Below are positions 30,223 to 40,236 of a stretch of 64,000 bases of DNA, piece by piece. Within the stretch, counting starts at the first letter, position 1. Every line of letters begins with the position of its first letter. Origin of the DNA: a virus; IMG/VR virus record IMGVR_UViG_3300042894_006198, positions 64,001 through 128,000 of that record. One strand, written 5' to 3'. A program made the translations under genes and the position numbers. Below the pieces are notes generated by a model that was not told where the DNA came from, searched no databases, and saw nothing but the letters and a program-made list of their open reading frames with translations.

Positions 30223-31242
30223 ATGAAAAAACTTTTATTTGCAACATTGTTTGCAACAATGACAGGTGTAGCAACTGCACAAACAACGATTTATGGTTTA
30301 GCAGATGCGTACTATGGTCAAACATCAGGTAAACAAACAACGAACCAAGTTAGCTCAGGTGGCATGACCACAAGTTTTATTGGTGTAAGAGCCACAGAAA
30401 AGCTTGGTGATGTTACAGCTAGTGCAGTATTGGAAACATTTTTACGTCCTGACACAGCAGCACAAGGTCGTTTTAATGGCGATACATTTTATGCACGTAA
30501 CGCATACGTTGGATTAAGTTCAAAAGCAGGTGAGATTCAAGTTGGTCGTGTAACGACACCAATGTTTATTTCAACGATTGTTTTTAATTCATTTGGTGAT
30601 AGTTTTGTTTTTAGCCCAATGGTAACAGCACGTTATGGCGCAAACAACTTCAACTTAGGTGGGGGTGGTTCTGACACAGGTTGGAGCAACAGCGTTTTAG
30701 TCAAGACTAACGCAGGTCCATTGGCACTTACGGGTGTTTATAGTGCAGGTGTTGCAGATGATGCAGCGGGTACAAAACAAGCAGGTAAAAGTGTTGGCGC
30801 AATGTTTTTCCAAGGTCCAATCGGTTTAACAGCAACATGGCAAGATGTTGAGCAAGGTGCAGGTAGACCAAGCATGACTTCAACCATTATTGGTGGTAGC
30901 TACGATCTTAAGAAAATCAAAATGTTTGCACAGTGGAATCGTGTTGAAAATAGTGATACTATAACAAAAGAAGACAAAGGTTATAGTGTTGGTGCAACAA
31001 TGCCATTAGGTGGTGGTAATACAGCTATGGTAAGCTATGCTAAGCATGATCATAATTTTACAAACCATAAATCAGGTGAAACAGCATCGTGGGCAATTGG
31101 TTTATCACATGCAATGAGCAAGCGTACAGACGTTTATGCTGCAGTACGTGATACTAATTATACTAATGATGGTTCCGCACGTACAAATGCTGCATGGGCA
31201 GATGCTCGTACAGCAGGAGTTGGTGTACGTCATCGTTTCTAA
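30223..31242 (+). CDS. Gram-negative trimeric porin (betaproteobacterial type)
   Basis: Signal peptide, TIYG.AD, R.AYVGL, HAMSKRTDVY, C-terminal GVRHRF. Confidence 0.92.
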   Translation: MKKLLFATLFATMTGVATAQTTIYGLADAYYGQTSGKQTTNQVSSGGMTTSFIGVRATEKLGDVTASAVLETFLRPDTAAQGRFNGDTFYARNAYVGLSSKAGEIQVGRVTTPMFISTIVFNSFGDSFVFSPMVTARYGANNFNLGGGGSDTGWSNSVLVKTNAGPLALTGVYSAGVADDAAGTKQAGKSVGAMFFQGPIGLTATWQDVEQGAGRPSMTSTIIGGSYDLKKIKMFAQWNRVENSDTITKEDKGYSVGATMPLGGGNTAMVSYAKHDHNFTNHKSGETASWAIGLSHAMSKRTDVYAAVRDTNYTNDGSARTNAAWADARTAGVGVRHRF

Positions 31243-31262
31243 TTTAAATACAAATTTAAATG

Positions 31263-31290
31263 AAAAAAGGGGGCAATGCCCTCTTTTTTT
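31263..31290 (+). terminator. Intrinsic (possibly bidirectional) terminator
   Basis: AAAAAAGGGGGC-AAT-GCCCTC followed by a T-tract. Confidence 0.85.
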
Positions 31291-31302
31291 ATAAGTATAG
31301 GT

Positions 31303-31560
31303 ATGCTACACAGTGTGTATGAGTGGTCAGACAAGCGTAAAGAATTGTATAATCACATAGTCAATTTAAATGGCTATTACGGTGATGCACATAAATTACT
31401 TAAAAATATTGACAATTTAGTACGTGAATTGAACATGTTAAATGTAAGATTTCGTAATCGAATTGAGCCAACTATATTACAAAAAGAAAAAATGTCTCAA
31501 ATTAACAACGCAATCGATATGTTGGAAAAATGGCTACTTGTTGTTACTTTAACTGAATAA
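31303..31560 (+). CDS. Hypothetical protein
   Basis: TAAGTA-N5-ATG; in frame with the track ORF at 31276. Confidence 0.6.
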   Translation: MLHSVYEWSDKRKELYNHIVNLNGYYGDAHKLLKNIDNLVRELNMLNVRFRNRIEPTILQKEKMSQINNAIDMLEKWLLVVTLTE

Positions 31561-31565
31561 AAGCC

Positions 31566-31594
31566 TTGACAAGTATACCTAAGTTCGCTAATAT
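31566..31594 (+). promoter_or_regulatory. Sigma70-type early promoter
   Basis: TTGACA-17-TAATAT. Confidence 0.75.
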
Positions 31595-31642
31595 ACACAT
31601 ATTGCATGAGGCAATGATCTAGACACTTTCTAAGGATTACAA

Positions 31643-32797
31643 ATGGGAAAAATTGATACTAGTTTTAGCTTGACAATCGATGAAGCAGAATCTGCTCTGC
31701 ATAGTCTTATTGATACCAAACTTTCAATGTTTTTATGGGGTCCCCCAGGTATCGGTAAATCAGACCTAATTCGTACGATTGCACGTAAAAATAATTGGGC
31801 AGTACGTGAAGTACGTTTGGGTCAGATTGATCCAACGGATATTAAAGGTATTCCCTTCTTTAACGCAGATAAAACTTATTTTGCGTATAATGAAAACACT
31901 AAAGAGTTTGAAGAAACCAAAGGTACCCTTGATTGGGCACCACCATCAGAGTTTCCTGATGCTAAATTTGCTGAACAATATGAGCGTGTTATTCTGTTCT
32001 TGGATGAAATGAACGTTGCCGCACCTACTGTTCAAGCTGCTGCTTATCAACTTGTGCTTGATCGTCGTGTTGGTAAGTATCGTGTACCTGACAATGTAAT
32101 TATCGTTGCCGCAGGTAATCGTGATAGTGACAAAGGTGTTACTTATCGTATGCCATCACCCCTATCAAACCGTTTTGTTCATATGGATGTTCGCCCTGAC
32201 TTTACAGTATGGCAAACATGGGCAGTACAAAACAACGTTCACAAGGATGTAGTTGGTTACTTGTCATTCGCCAAAAATGACATGTACGATTTTGATGGTC
32301 GTAACAGTGGACACGCATTTGCTACACCTCGTAGTTGGTGCGCTGTAAGTAAAATTCTACAGGAATGCGATAAGATTCCCTCAGAATTGCTTACTAAAAT
32401 TGTTGCGGGTACGATTGGTGAAGGTCTTGCAGTAAAGTTTATGGCACACCGTAAGCTTGTTGATAAGATGCCCGACCCTATGGATATTCTTGAAGGTAAA
32501 GTAAGTGAACTTCAAGTAAAAGAAGTTAGTGCCATGTACTCACTAACAGTCAGTATGTGTTACGAATTAAAAGATTTGAGCGATAACAACAAAGTTGCTT
32601 CGAAAAAGTTTCATGAAATGTGTGACAACTTCTTCAAGTTTATGATGGATAATTTCGAAACTGAGTTGGTTATTATGGGTGCTAGGATTGCGCTAAAAAC
32701 TTACAAGTTAAACATGGATCCAACCCAACTAAAGACTTTGACAGACTTCCATAAAAAATATGGTAAGTACATCAAGGAAGCAATATCAGCAAAGTAA
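31643..32797 (+). CDS. MoxR-like AAA+ ATPase
   Basis: WGPPGIGKS, LFLDE, AAGNR, NRF.H, TPRSW. Confidence 0.9.
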   Translation: MGKIDTSFSLTIDEAESALHSLIDTKLSMFLWGPPGIGKSDLIRTIARKNNWAVREVRLGQIDPTDIKGIPFFNADKTYFAYNENTKEFEETKGTLDWAPPSEFPDAKFAEQYERVILFLDEMNVAAPTVQAAAYQLVLDRRVGKYRVPDNVIIVAAGNRDSDKGVTYRMPSPLSNRFVHMDVRPDFTVWQTWAVQNNVHKDVVGYLSFAKNDMYDFDGRNSGHAFATPRSWCAVSKILQECDKIPSELLTKIVAGTIGEGLAVKFMAHRKLVDKMPDPMDILEGKVSELQVKEVSAMYSLTVSMCYELKDLSDNNKVASKKFHEMCDNFFKFMMDNFETELVIMGARIALKTYKLNMDPTQLKTLTDFHKKYGKYIKEAISAK

Positions 32798-32805
32798 TCG
32801 TCTAG

Positions 32806-32835
32806 ATCAAGGGGGCTGAAATGCCCCCACTTGAT
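32806..32835 (+). other. Intergenic RNA hairpin (terminator or processing site)
   Basis: ATCAAGGGGGC...GCCCCCACTTGAT. Confidence 0.6.
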
Positions 32836-32884
32836 TTAAATTATTACCTATGTTATGATACTGCTATTACCTAAAGGAACATTT

Positions 32885-34180
32885 ATGACAACCACTGCAA
32901 ATACCAAAGAAAACAAAAAACTTAAAAAAGAATTTGAAGATTTGATCGGTCCTTTTGATCCTGTAATAGATCGTGAAGCACGTGATATTCTTACAAGCGC
33001 ACGTGTCGCATTGTTACTTAAGCATTCATTTTTTGGTAATCTTGCTACCCGTTTGAAGTTAATCAATGGGGATGAATGGTTAGCTACAGCAGCAACCGAT
33101 GGTAAGCGTTTTTACTACAATAGTCGTTTTATTAAAAAGCTTACACGTGGTGAAGTAGAGTTTCTAGTTGGGCATGAGGTGCTACACGTTGTATATGACC
33201 ATATCGGTAGGATCGGTCACCGTGACCGTCAAATGTTTAATATTGCCAATGACTATGCGGTTAACGCTGACCTTAAACGACACAATGTAGGTACTTTTAT
33301 TACCACTGTACCATGTTTGTATGAAGCTAAGTATGATGGTAAATCGTCTGAAGAAATTTATGATGATTTAATGAAGAACATCAAAACTATTAGTATGGAT
33401 GCACTGATCGATAAAATGATCGATGAACACCTTGAAGGTGATGGTGAAGGTGAGTCTGATGGTGATGATGGAGATATGGATAAAACAGGTCGAAGCAAGA
33501 ACGGACCTAAGAAGATGACTGATGCTGAGCGTGAGGAATTGCGTCAGGAAATTAAACAAAATATCATCAATGCCGCACGTAGTAGCGAAGCAGGTTCAAT
33601 TCCTAGGGGTGTTGAGCGCATGATTAAGGACATTACCGATCCTAAAATGCCTTGGAGAGAATTGCTTCAAACTAACATTGTTTCTACCTTGCGTGATGAT
33701 TACACTTTCCTACGTCCAAGCAAGCGTGGTTGGCATCTTGATGCTATCTTACCCTCTATGAACTTTAGCGAAGAAATTGATATTTGCGTAGCGATTGATA
33801 TGAGTGGTAGTATCAGTGATGCACAAGGTAAGGATTTTCTTAGTGAAATTCAAGGTATCATGGATATGTTCAGTCATTACAAAATTCATGTATTTTCATT
33901 CGATACTAAATGCTATAACTTGCAAGAGTTTAATTCAGATAACATGGATAGCATTACTGAGTATCAGTTAAAAGGTGGTGGTGGAACAGACTTTGATGCA
34001 ATTTTTAACTTCCTTAAAGATGAAGCTATCGAGCCTAAACGATTGGTAGTTTTTACGGATGGTTATCCTTGTGGATCATGGGGTGATGCAAATTATTGTG
34101 ATACAACGTGGATTATCCATGGTGATAAAAATCCTAACCCACCTTTTGGGACATGGGCACTTTATGATGATCAAAAGTAA
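32885..34180 (+). CDS. Metallopeptidase-like + VWA protein (DUF2201-type), partner of the AAA ATPase
   Basis: TAATDG, HEVLH, N.A.DY..N, DMSGS MIDAS motif, GGGTDF, FTDG. Confidence 0.9.
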   Translation: MTTTANTKENKKLKKEFEDLIGPFDPVIDREARDILTSARVALLLKHSFFGNLATRLKLINGDEWLATAATDGKRFYYNSRFIKKLTRGEVEFLVGHEVLHVVYDHIGRIGHRDRQMFNIANDYAVNADLKRHNVGTFITTVPCLYEAKYDGKSSEEIYDDLMKNIKTISMDALIDKMIDEHLEGDGEGESDGDDGDMDKTGRSKNGPKKMTDAEREELRQEIKQNIINAARSSEAGSIPRGVERMIKDITDPKMPWRELLQTNIVSTLRDDYTFLRPSKRGWHLDAILPSMNFSEEIDICVAIDMSGSISDAQGKDFLSEIQGIMDMFSHYKIHVFSFDTKCYNLQEFNSDNMDSITEYQLKGGGGTDFDAIFNFLKDEAIEPKRLVVFTDGYPCGSWGDANYCDTTWIIHGDKNPNPPFGTWALYDDQK

Positions 34181-34437
34181 TGGATACCTTTTGGTCTAAT
34201 ACATTCAGTGCAAAGAAAGTGGGTTCTTACAATTCTTTCCTTACCTCAAATGGTGAGGAAAGAATTTACAAATCAGTTAGTAATGGCGTAACCGTACATG
34301 AGTGGGATTTTTCTCAAAATTGTGCAGGTCTAAATTTAGAGGATTATTTAAATTGTAGGGATTTGGCTAAAACTGATGAACGTTTAGCTAAATTGTTAAT
34401 TGAACTTGAAACCATTTATTTTTTGTTAAAAAAATGA
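34180..34437 (+). CDS. Hypothetical protein
   Basis: Coupled to both neighbours. Confidence 0.55.
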   Translation: MDTFWSNTFSAKKVGSYNSFLTSNGEERIYKSVSNGVTVHEWDFSQNCAGLNLEDYLNCRDLAKTDERLAKLLIELETIYFLLKK

Positions 34438-34766
34438 GTAATACATTTAATTACATAGCAAGTTGGGATGAATTTGGTTTAGAAGCATTAATTAATGTTT
34501 CCAAAATTGATGAGAACAATGTTTGGAAAATATTAAAAGATGAAAGAACACAAACAGTGCCATTGCGTCAATTAATTTTGCGAGCACAATTTAATCCACA
34601 ACGTGCATATGAAATATACGCATTTGTCTCTCCTTTAACCGAAGAAGATATAAGGTTATGTTTTGAGCATACACCACAAGTTATTGTTGAACAGATTAGG
34701 CAAGTTGGACATAAATTTTTCTCTAATTATAATCCACACATTAAAAGTAAAATAAAAATCACATAA
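34434..34766 (+). CDS. Hypothetical protein
   Basis: WD..GLE, ILRA..NPQR.YEIY; coupled ORF. Confidence 0.65.
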   Translation: MSNTFNYIASWDEFGLEALINVSKIDENNVWKILKDERTQTVPLRQLILRAQFNPQRAYEIYAFVSPLTEEDIRLCFEHTPQVIVEQIRQVGHKFFSNYNPHIKSKIKIT

Positions 34767-34813
34767 TACTATGCTCCTAAATATTTGTGGTACTAGATAT
34801 TAGGAGAATACCA

Positions 34814-35521
34814 ATGGCAAGATTTATCAAACATATTGGAACGCATGGTGATCGTAAAGTAGCAGTAGTTTTCAGACAGGTTCCTAACGAAGAACATATG
34901 TGCTTAGTCGTATATACACAATTGTTAAATCAAAATATCCACGATCCACTTATGTCTACGATAGAAAGTGATATTGGACAACATAGTAAAGAACTTGCTG
35001 ATGCATTGAATCGAACACATACACGTGACGGTAAGATTATTTTACAAGTGTTACATCAAGAAGGTATGCTTAAAAAAGTTAATACTGAACAAATTGTAAT
35101 GACCCCTGCACCAAGACAAACAATACGCTTAAATGAACTTAATCGTTTATTAAATGAAATGGAACAAGGAGAACAAGCTGTACGTCGATTAGCTGAAATT
35201 GATGCAAGCAAGGGATTACAAGATCCTGTTGATATAGCCAAGCGTATGCGTGGTGAAACACCTGCTGCAGATCGTTTAATGGGTACTAAAGAAACATTGG
35301 GTGATAATGAACTAGCCAATAATTTGCGTCAGCAAGCAGCTAGAATGAGTTCTGAGGCTAAAGGTTTATTAGCTGAAGCTGATAGACTAATGAAAGAAGC
35401 TGCATCTATGGAAGGTATTATAGTTGAATCTAAACCTCCAAGGGCTAAGAAAACTGTTAAAGCTGCACCTGCTAAAAAACGTGCAGCACGTGTGTCAAAG
35501 GCTACACAAGCCGTTAGCTAA
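34814..35521 (+). CDS. Conserved hypothetical protein with basic C-terminal tail
   Basis: AGGAG SD; TAAATA upstream; K/A-rich tail. Confidence 0.7.
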   Translation: MARFIKHIGTHGDRKVAVVFRQVPNEEHMCLVVYTQLLNQNIHDPLMSTIESDIGQHSKELADALNRTHTRDGKIILQVLHQEGMLKKVNTEQIVMTPAPRQTIRLNELNRLLNEMEQGEQAVRRLAEIDASKGLQDPVDIAKRMRGETPAADRLMGTKETLGDNELANNLRQQAARMSSEAKGLLAEADRLMKEAASMEGIIVESKPPRAKKTVKAAPAKKRAARVSKATQAVS

Positions 35522-35526
35522 TTATT

Positions 35527-35823
35527 ATGTCTCCTGAAGTATTCAAAAAATGGGAAGAAATTGTTGATGATGTTGAAAAAATTAAAATTCCTGTTGAATT
35601 CATCAAAAAGTTAATTATTAAACTTGAGGGTAGAAGGCAACGTACTCTTAATATTCAATCATTGGTCAGATCAGGACATGATAATGATGAAATTGAAGAA
35701 ATTATATCCGCAAAGTTACAAGAACTTGATGATGAAATGATTAGTATAGAATTTATTTTAGATATCGAAAACATTGCTGAAACCGTACAACCTACAACAG
35801 ATGATCTTTTAAAAGGTTTGTAA
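35527..35823 (+). CDS. Hypothetical acidic protein
   Basis: 98 aa ORF in operon context. Confidence 0.65.
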   Translation: MSPEVFKKWEEIVDDVEKIKIPVEFIKKLIIKLEGRRQRTLNIQSLVRSGHDNDEIEEIISAKLQELDDEMISIEFILDIENIAETVQPTTDDLLKGL

Positions 35824-35890
35824 ACTAGGATAAGTTCATGTTTGATTTTATAAAATGTATATGTATAATACATAATTAAAAGGATCAAAC

Positions 35891-36580
35891 ATGAATGTAA
35901 AATTAGTATCTTATTCTCAACCAACAGAAGAATTTAAAAGTCTTGGTCTTGAAGATGCCCAAGATTTAATTGCATATTGTGCAAGAGTTAGTAATCCATC
36001 TAACCAATTTAACACTGAAACTAGTGATAAACTTATACGTTATCTTATTAAGAACGCACATTGGTCACCCTTAGAAATGGTTAGTGCATGTATGGAAATT
36101 ACAACCACACGTGATATCGCTAGGCAAATATTGCGTCATCGTTCATTTTCATTTCAAGAATTTTCACAGCGGTATGCAGACCCAACTAAAGATTTAAATT
36201 TTGTTGTACGTGAGGCACGTTTACAAGACACCAAAAATCGACAAAATAGTATTGAGTTAGGTAACACAATTGAACATGGTGTACTGCATGATGAATGGGT
36301 TAAAAAACAACAAGAAGTAATTAAAGCTGCAAAAAATGCTTATACATGGGCTGTTATTAATGGTATTGCTAAAGAACAATCACGTGCAGTATTGCCTGAA
36401 GGATTAATGGAAAGCAGGTTATACATGAATGGTACTATTCGTTCGTGGATACATTTTATCGAACTACGCAGTGGTAATGGTACACAAAAAGAACATCAAT
36501 TAATCGCACAAGAATGTGCAAAAGTTATCGCACATGTCTTCCCTATGGCAACCGAGTTGGTCAGCAATGTCACAGCTTAA
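35891..36580 (+). CDS. thyX: Flavin-dependent thymidylate synthase
   Basis: H.SPLE, QILRHRSFSFQEFSQRY signature, TQKEH. Confidence 0.97.
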   Translation: MNVKLVSYSQPTEEFKSLGLEDAQDLIAYCARVSNPSNQFNTETSDKLIRYLIKNAHWSPLEMVSACMEITTTRDIARQILRHRSFSFQEFSQRYADPTKDLNFVVREARLQDTKNRQNSIELGNTIEHGVLHDEWVKKQQEVIKAAKNAYTWAVINGIAKEQSRAVLPEGLMESRLYMNGTIRSWIHFIELRSGNGTQKEHQLIAQECAKVIAHVFPMATELVSNVTA

Positions 36581-36866
36581 AAATTTACTTGAACCTACTA
36601 ATGGCGAAGGAACGTATTTGCAAGATAACGTTAATTATGTAGAAGTGTGTAGGTTTAGTATGGGTGATGTAGAAGATCCTGAACTATACGCAGCACAACC
36701 TCTTTATGAATGGTTGCAAACTGAAAAAGGTAAATGGGTTAAAGAGTATAGCAGCGATATGATATATTCAATTATACCTGATGTTGAATATTATGGCTAT
36801 CGTTGTGTTGTACGTGCAGCATTTAATAATAATGCATTAGATTTATATATATTAAAGTGGAAATAA
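36567..36866 (+). CDS. Hypothetical protein
   Basis: GDVEDPELYAA.PL.EW motif. Confidence 0.65.
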   Translation: MSQLKNLLEPTNGEGTYLQDNVNYVEVCRFSMGDVEDPELYAAQPLYEWLQTEKGKWVKEYSSDMIYSIIPDVEYYGYRCVVRAAFNNNALDLYILKWK

Positions 36867-36867
36867 T

Positions 36868-37833
36868 ATGATTTTTGTAACAGGTGGGCTAGGATTTATT
36901 GGACATAATGTCGTACGACAATTAGAAAAACGTAATCATGAAGTACGAATTATTGATAATTGTACTGATTATACTTTTATACCAAAAGACGAATTGGCTT
37001 ATCTTATTAAAGAACGTAAACGAGAAATCAACTCTATCCTACACAATTTTCATATTGCAGATAAACAATTACATATGGTCTTTAATATGTTAAAACCTCA
37101 TACTGTAATACATCTTGCTTCAATGCCACGTTCTAAAATCGTTAATAAAAACCCTACTCTTGGTGCATATACAATGATAGAAGGGTTATTGAACTTGTTA
37201 GAACTATGCAAAAATCATAGCGTAAAGCGTTTTGTTTATGTTAGTAGTAGCATGGTATATGGTGATTGGAATGGATGTATTGATGAATCACATCCTACTA
37301 ACCCTAAAGATATATACGGTACCTTAAAATTAACAGGTGAAAAACTTGTTAAGTTATGGGCAGAACAAAACAACCATGAGTATACTATATTACGCCCAAG
37401 TGCGGTGTACGGACCATTAGACGTTGAGGATAGAGTATTAAGTAAGTTTTTACTTAATGCTATGCGTGGTCAAGACATTATGGTAGAAGGTGAAAATGAA
37501 GTTTTAGACTTTAGTTATGTTGAAGATGTAGCATGGGGTATTACTAGTGCTGCATTATCCAAAAATACTGTGAATAAAACATACAATATTACTAGAAATC
37601 AGCCTAGTCAAATTACGTTACATGATGCAGCTAAGTTAGCTGTAGAGATAGTGGGTAAGGGAAATATTACAATTCATCCAAAAAATATTGCTTATCCAAG
37701 TAGAGGTAAGTTAAACTCAGAATTAGCAAAACAAGACTTTGGGTATAATCCATATGTTGACCTTGAAATCGGTTTGGAATGCTATCATAAGTGGCTCGCA
37801 GACAGCACCTATTGGCAATCAAAAATTAAATAA
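36868..37833 (+). CDS. NAD-dependent epimerase/dehydratase (NDP-sugar)
   Basis: TGGLGFIG, HLA, SSSMVYG, YGTLK (YxxxK), DFSYVED. Confidence 0.92.
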   Translation: MIFVTGGLGFIGHNVVRQLEKRNHEVRIIDNCTDYTFIPKDELAYLIKERKREINSILHNFHIADKQLHMVFNMLKPHTVIHLASMPRSKIVNKNPTLGAYTMIEGLLNLLELCKNHSVKRFVYVSSSMVYGDWNGCIDESHPTNPKDIYGTLKLTGEKLVKLWAEQNNHEYTILRPSAVYGPLDVEDRVLSKFLLNAMRGQDIMVEGENEVLDFSYVEDVAWGITSAALSKNTVNKTYNITRNQPSQITLHDAAKLAVEIVGKGNITIHPKNIAYPSRGKLNSELAKQDFGYNPYVDLEIGLECYHKWLADSTYWQSKIK

Positions 37834-38971
37834 TAGTATACCATTCGTTCGTTTAGATCGACAATATCAATTACTAAAAGATGAATTATTAACTGCTACT
37901 AATGACGTATTGAAAAGTGGCAAATTAGTCAATGGTAAGTATAAGTTTGATTTAGAAGAGTATTTTTGTGATTATTTAAATTGTAAACATGCATTTGCAG
38001 TACACAGTGGTACGCAAGCTTTAGAAATAATTGCTGAAGCTAACAAGTTAATATCATCCTATAGAAAGAAAGATAATCATGTTATCTTACCTGATGTTAG
38101 CTATAAAGCTACCTTACATGCTTTTATAAGACAAGGTTACAAAGTAACATTAGTTGATGTTGACGCATATGGTATGATGAAGTGGGATGAAGTTACAAAA
38201 ATTATTGAACAAAATCCTGATATTATCTATGATATTTGTGTTGTAGGATTGTATGGTGCCAAACCATACTATAGTAATCACAAAGAAAATGATTTAAGAT
38301 ATAAAGCACTAAGCATGATTGCTTTACGTGGTGGTAAAGTATTTGAGGATGGAGCACAGCATTGGCTAAGTGGTAGAAGCGAAATGAGTGCAGCTATGGC
38401 AATAAGTTTAGATCCAACGAAAAACTTAAATGCTAGTGGTAATGGTGGCGTTATTGTTTGTAGTAGTGATGATTTAGCAAATCATATTAGAGCAATTTGC
38501 AAAAATGGTTCAGAAAATAGCATTTATGCTACACAATTAGGAACCAATAGTAAGTTAAGTGAAATTGATTGTGCACATGTTTTAGTACGTACTAAGCATA
38601 TTGAAGCATGGCAACAACGTAGAAAAGATATTGCTGCCTATTATATGCGTGAATTTGCTAAGCATAATATTGAAAACTTATGTGAATCAAAAGAAGAACG
38701 TATGTATGCATATCATAGCGTTAACAAGTTTGCGATTAGTGTAGAGAATCGTGATCGTTTACAAGAATATTTACAGTTACATGGTATAGAGACTAAAATA
38801 CATTATAAACAAAATTTATCAAGACATAGATTAGCTAAGAATAACTGTTCCTTTTTAGAGAATTCTTGGCAATTTTGCGCACATACATTATCATTACCTA
38901 TCTATCCTGAATTAACTGATGGTGAAGTTGAGCGAATAACACAGACAATTATTAAATTCATGCATAAATAA
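37739..38971 (+). CDS. DegT/DnrJ/EryC1/StrS PLP-dependent sugar aminotransferase (start uncertain)
   Basis: SGTQAL, EDGAQ, SLDPTKNL...GNGG, G.NS.LSE, LSLPIYPEL. Confidence 0.88.
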   Translation: MGIIHMLTLKSVWNAIISGSQTAPIGNQKLNNSIPFVRLDRQYQLLKDELLTATNDVLKSGKLVNGKYKFDLEEYFCDYLNCKHAFAVHSGTQALEIIAEANKLISSYRKKDNHVILPDVSYKATLHAFIRQGYKVTLVDVDAYGMMKWDEVTKIIEQNPDIIYDICVVGLYGAKPYYSNHKENDLRYKALSMIALRGGKVFEDGAQHWLSGRSEMSAAMAISLDPTKNLNASGNGGVIVCSSDDLANHIRAICKNGSENSIYATQLGTNSKLSEIDCAHVLVRTKHIEAWQQRRKDIAAYYMREFAKHNIENLCESKEERMYAYHSVNKFAISVENRDRLQEYLQLHGIETKIHYKQNLSRHRLAKNNCSFLENSWQFCAHTLSLPIYPELTDGEVERITQTIIKFMHK

Positions 38972-38975
38972 GTTT

Positions 38976-39482
38976 ATGTGGATATTATCATTATTGCCTG
39001 AGTGGGTTATACATGCTATTTTTATGGTAGGTGTGTTGGGTGTTATCCTAGGATTTGTTTTAGGATTTTTACCATTTTTAGGAAAATACAAATTGGCTAT
39101 ACAAATTATTAGTGTGCTTATATTAGCATTTGGTGTGTATCTTGAAGGTGGATTTGCTAATGAACAACTTTGGCAAATGAAAGTCAAAGAAATGGAAGTC
39201 AAAGTAAAAGAAGCTGAAGTTAAGGCTGCGCAAAAGAATGTAGAAATACAAGAAAAAGTAGTAACTCAAACACAAATTGTAAAAGAAAAAGGTCAAGACA
39301 TTATTAAATATGTGGATAGATATAGAGATCGTGAAGTATTAAAGACTATTGAAGGACCTGAACGTGTTAAAGTTGAAGAAGTAATTAAGTTTGTAGAAAA
39401 TTGTCCTATTCCACAAGATATAATTGATGCACATAATTCTGCTGCTAAAATGAATGAAGCAGCAAAAGGTGATAAAAAATGA
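38976..39482 (+). CDS. Putative i-spanin-like membrane/coiled-coil protein
   Basis: N-terminal TM helices, coiled coil, Cys near the C-terminus; overlaps a lipoprotein gene. Confidence 0.55.
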   Translation: MWILSLLPEWVIHAIFMVGVLGVILGFVLGFLPFLGKYKLAIQIISVLILAFGVYLEGGFANEQLWQMKVKEMEVKVKEAEVKAAQKNVEIQEKVVTQTQIVKEKGQDIIKYVDRYRDREVLKTIEGPERVKVEEVIKFVENCPIPQDIIDAHNSAAKMNEAAKGDKK

Positions 39483-39787
39483 CAATCTCTAAAGATTTAC
39501 GTTTTTTAATCGTTGTGTGCTTTATTATGTTATTAATGACATTAGGTGGTTGCTCATTATTCGAAAAGCAACCTATCCCTGTCAAGCGTGAATTTCCACA
39601 AGCTACGCCTGAGCTAATGAAAAAATGTGAGCAACTTAAAACTATACAGGGTGATAAAGTTGCGATTACTGAAATGTTAAAAACTGTTGTAGAAAACTAT
39701 ACGTTATATTATCAATGCTCAACCAAAGTAGAAGGTTGGCAAGAATGGTATAGTGAACAGAAAAAGATTTTTGATGAAGTCAAATGA
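39479..39787 (+). CDS. Putative o-spanin-like lipoprotein
   Basis: Lipobox LGGC, P.P..L...C, NY..YYQC. Confidence 0.55.
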   Translation: MTISKDLRFLIVVCFIMLLMTLGGCSLFEKQPIPVKREFPQATPELMKKCEQLKTIQGDKVAITEMLKTVVENYTLYYQCSTKVEGWQEWYSEQKKIFDEVK

Positions 39788-39972
39788 AAGTTGCAGACAT
39801 AACAAAAGATTATAAATTGTATATGGCTAAAGTCACCGTAAAGCAACTTGGATACAGTGGTCAGGTTGAATTTACTGTAACTGCGCAAAACTTAAACATG
39901 GCTAAAATTCTAATGAAACGACAATATAATTTACAAGATCATCAAATTGGCTCGATAAGAGAAGTCAAGTAA
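39784..39972 (+). CDS. Small hypothetical protein
   Basis: ATGA coupling; 62 aa. Confidence 0.6.
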   Translation: MKVADITKDYKLYMAKVTVKQLGYSGQVEFTVTAQNLNMAKILMKRQYNLQDHQIGSIREVK

Positions 39973-39981
39973 GGAATTATT

Positions 39982-40236
39982 ATGAAAAACATTGCAATAA
40001 TTGGTTTCGTAGTGTTGTTAGCAGGATGTGCATCAAGTAAAGATCAACTATATTATGATGCAGCCAAATCGATTAGCAAAGACAATACTATGAGTCAAAC
40101 TGCTTGTTGGGCAGCTATTTCAGATATTGCTAAAGGTGGTAGTGAAGGTGCTAAAGTTGGTGCAATCAGTTTAGCAGACAAGTGCAAGAACGAACCCGTA
40201 AAGATTGAACGTCCTAGAAATTGGATGGGACTATAA
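39982..40236 (+). CDS. Small lipoprotein
   Basis: AAGGA SD, lipobox LAGC. Confidence 0.7.
   Translation: MKNIAIIGFVVLLAGCASSKDQLYYDAAKSISKDNTMSQTACWAAISDIAKGGSEGAKVGAISLADKCKNEPVKIERPRNWMGL

Noticed and set aside
37739-37845. Possible pseudogene or frameshift at the start of the DegT gene
   Set aside because: No clear ATG at the expected position, but the frame is open with upstream TTG/ATG codons and all catalytic motifs are intact.
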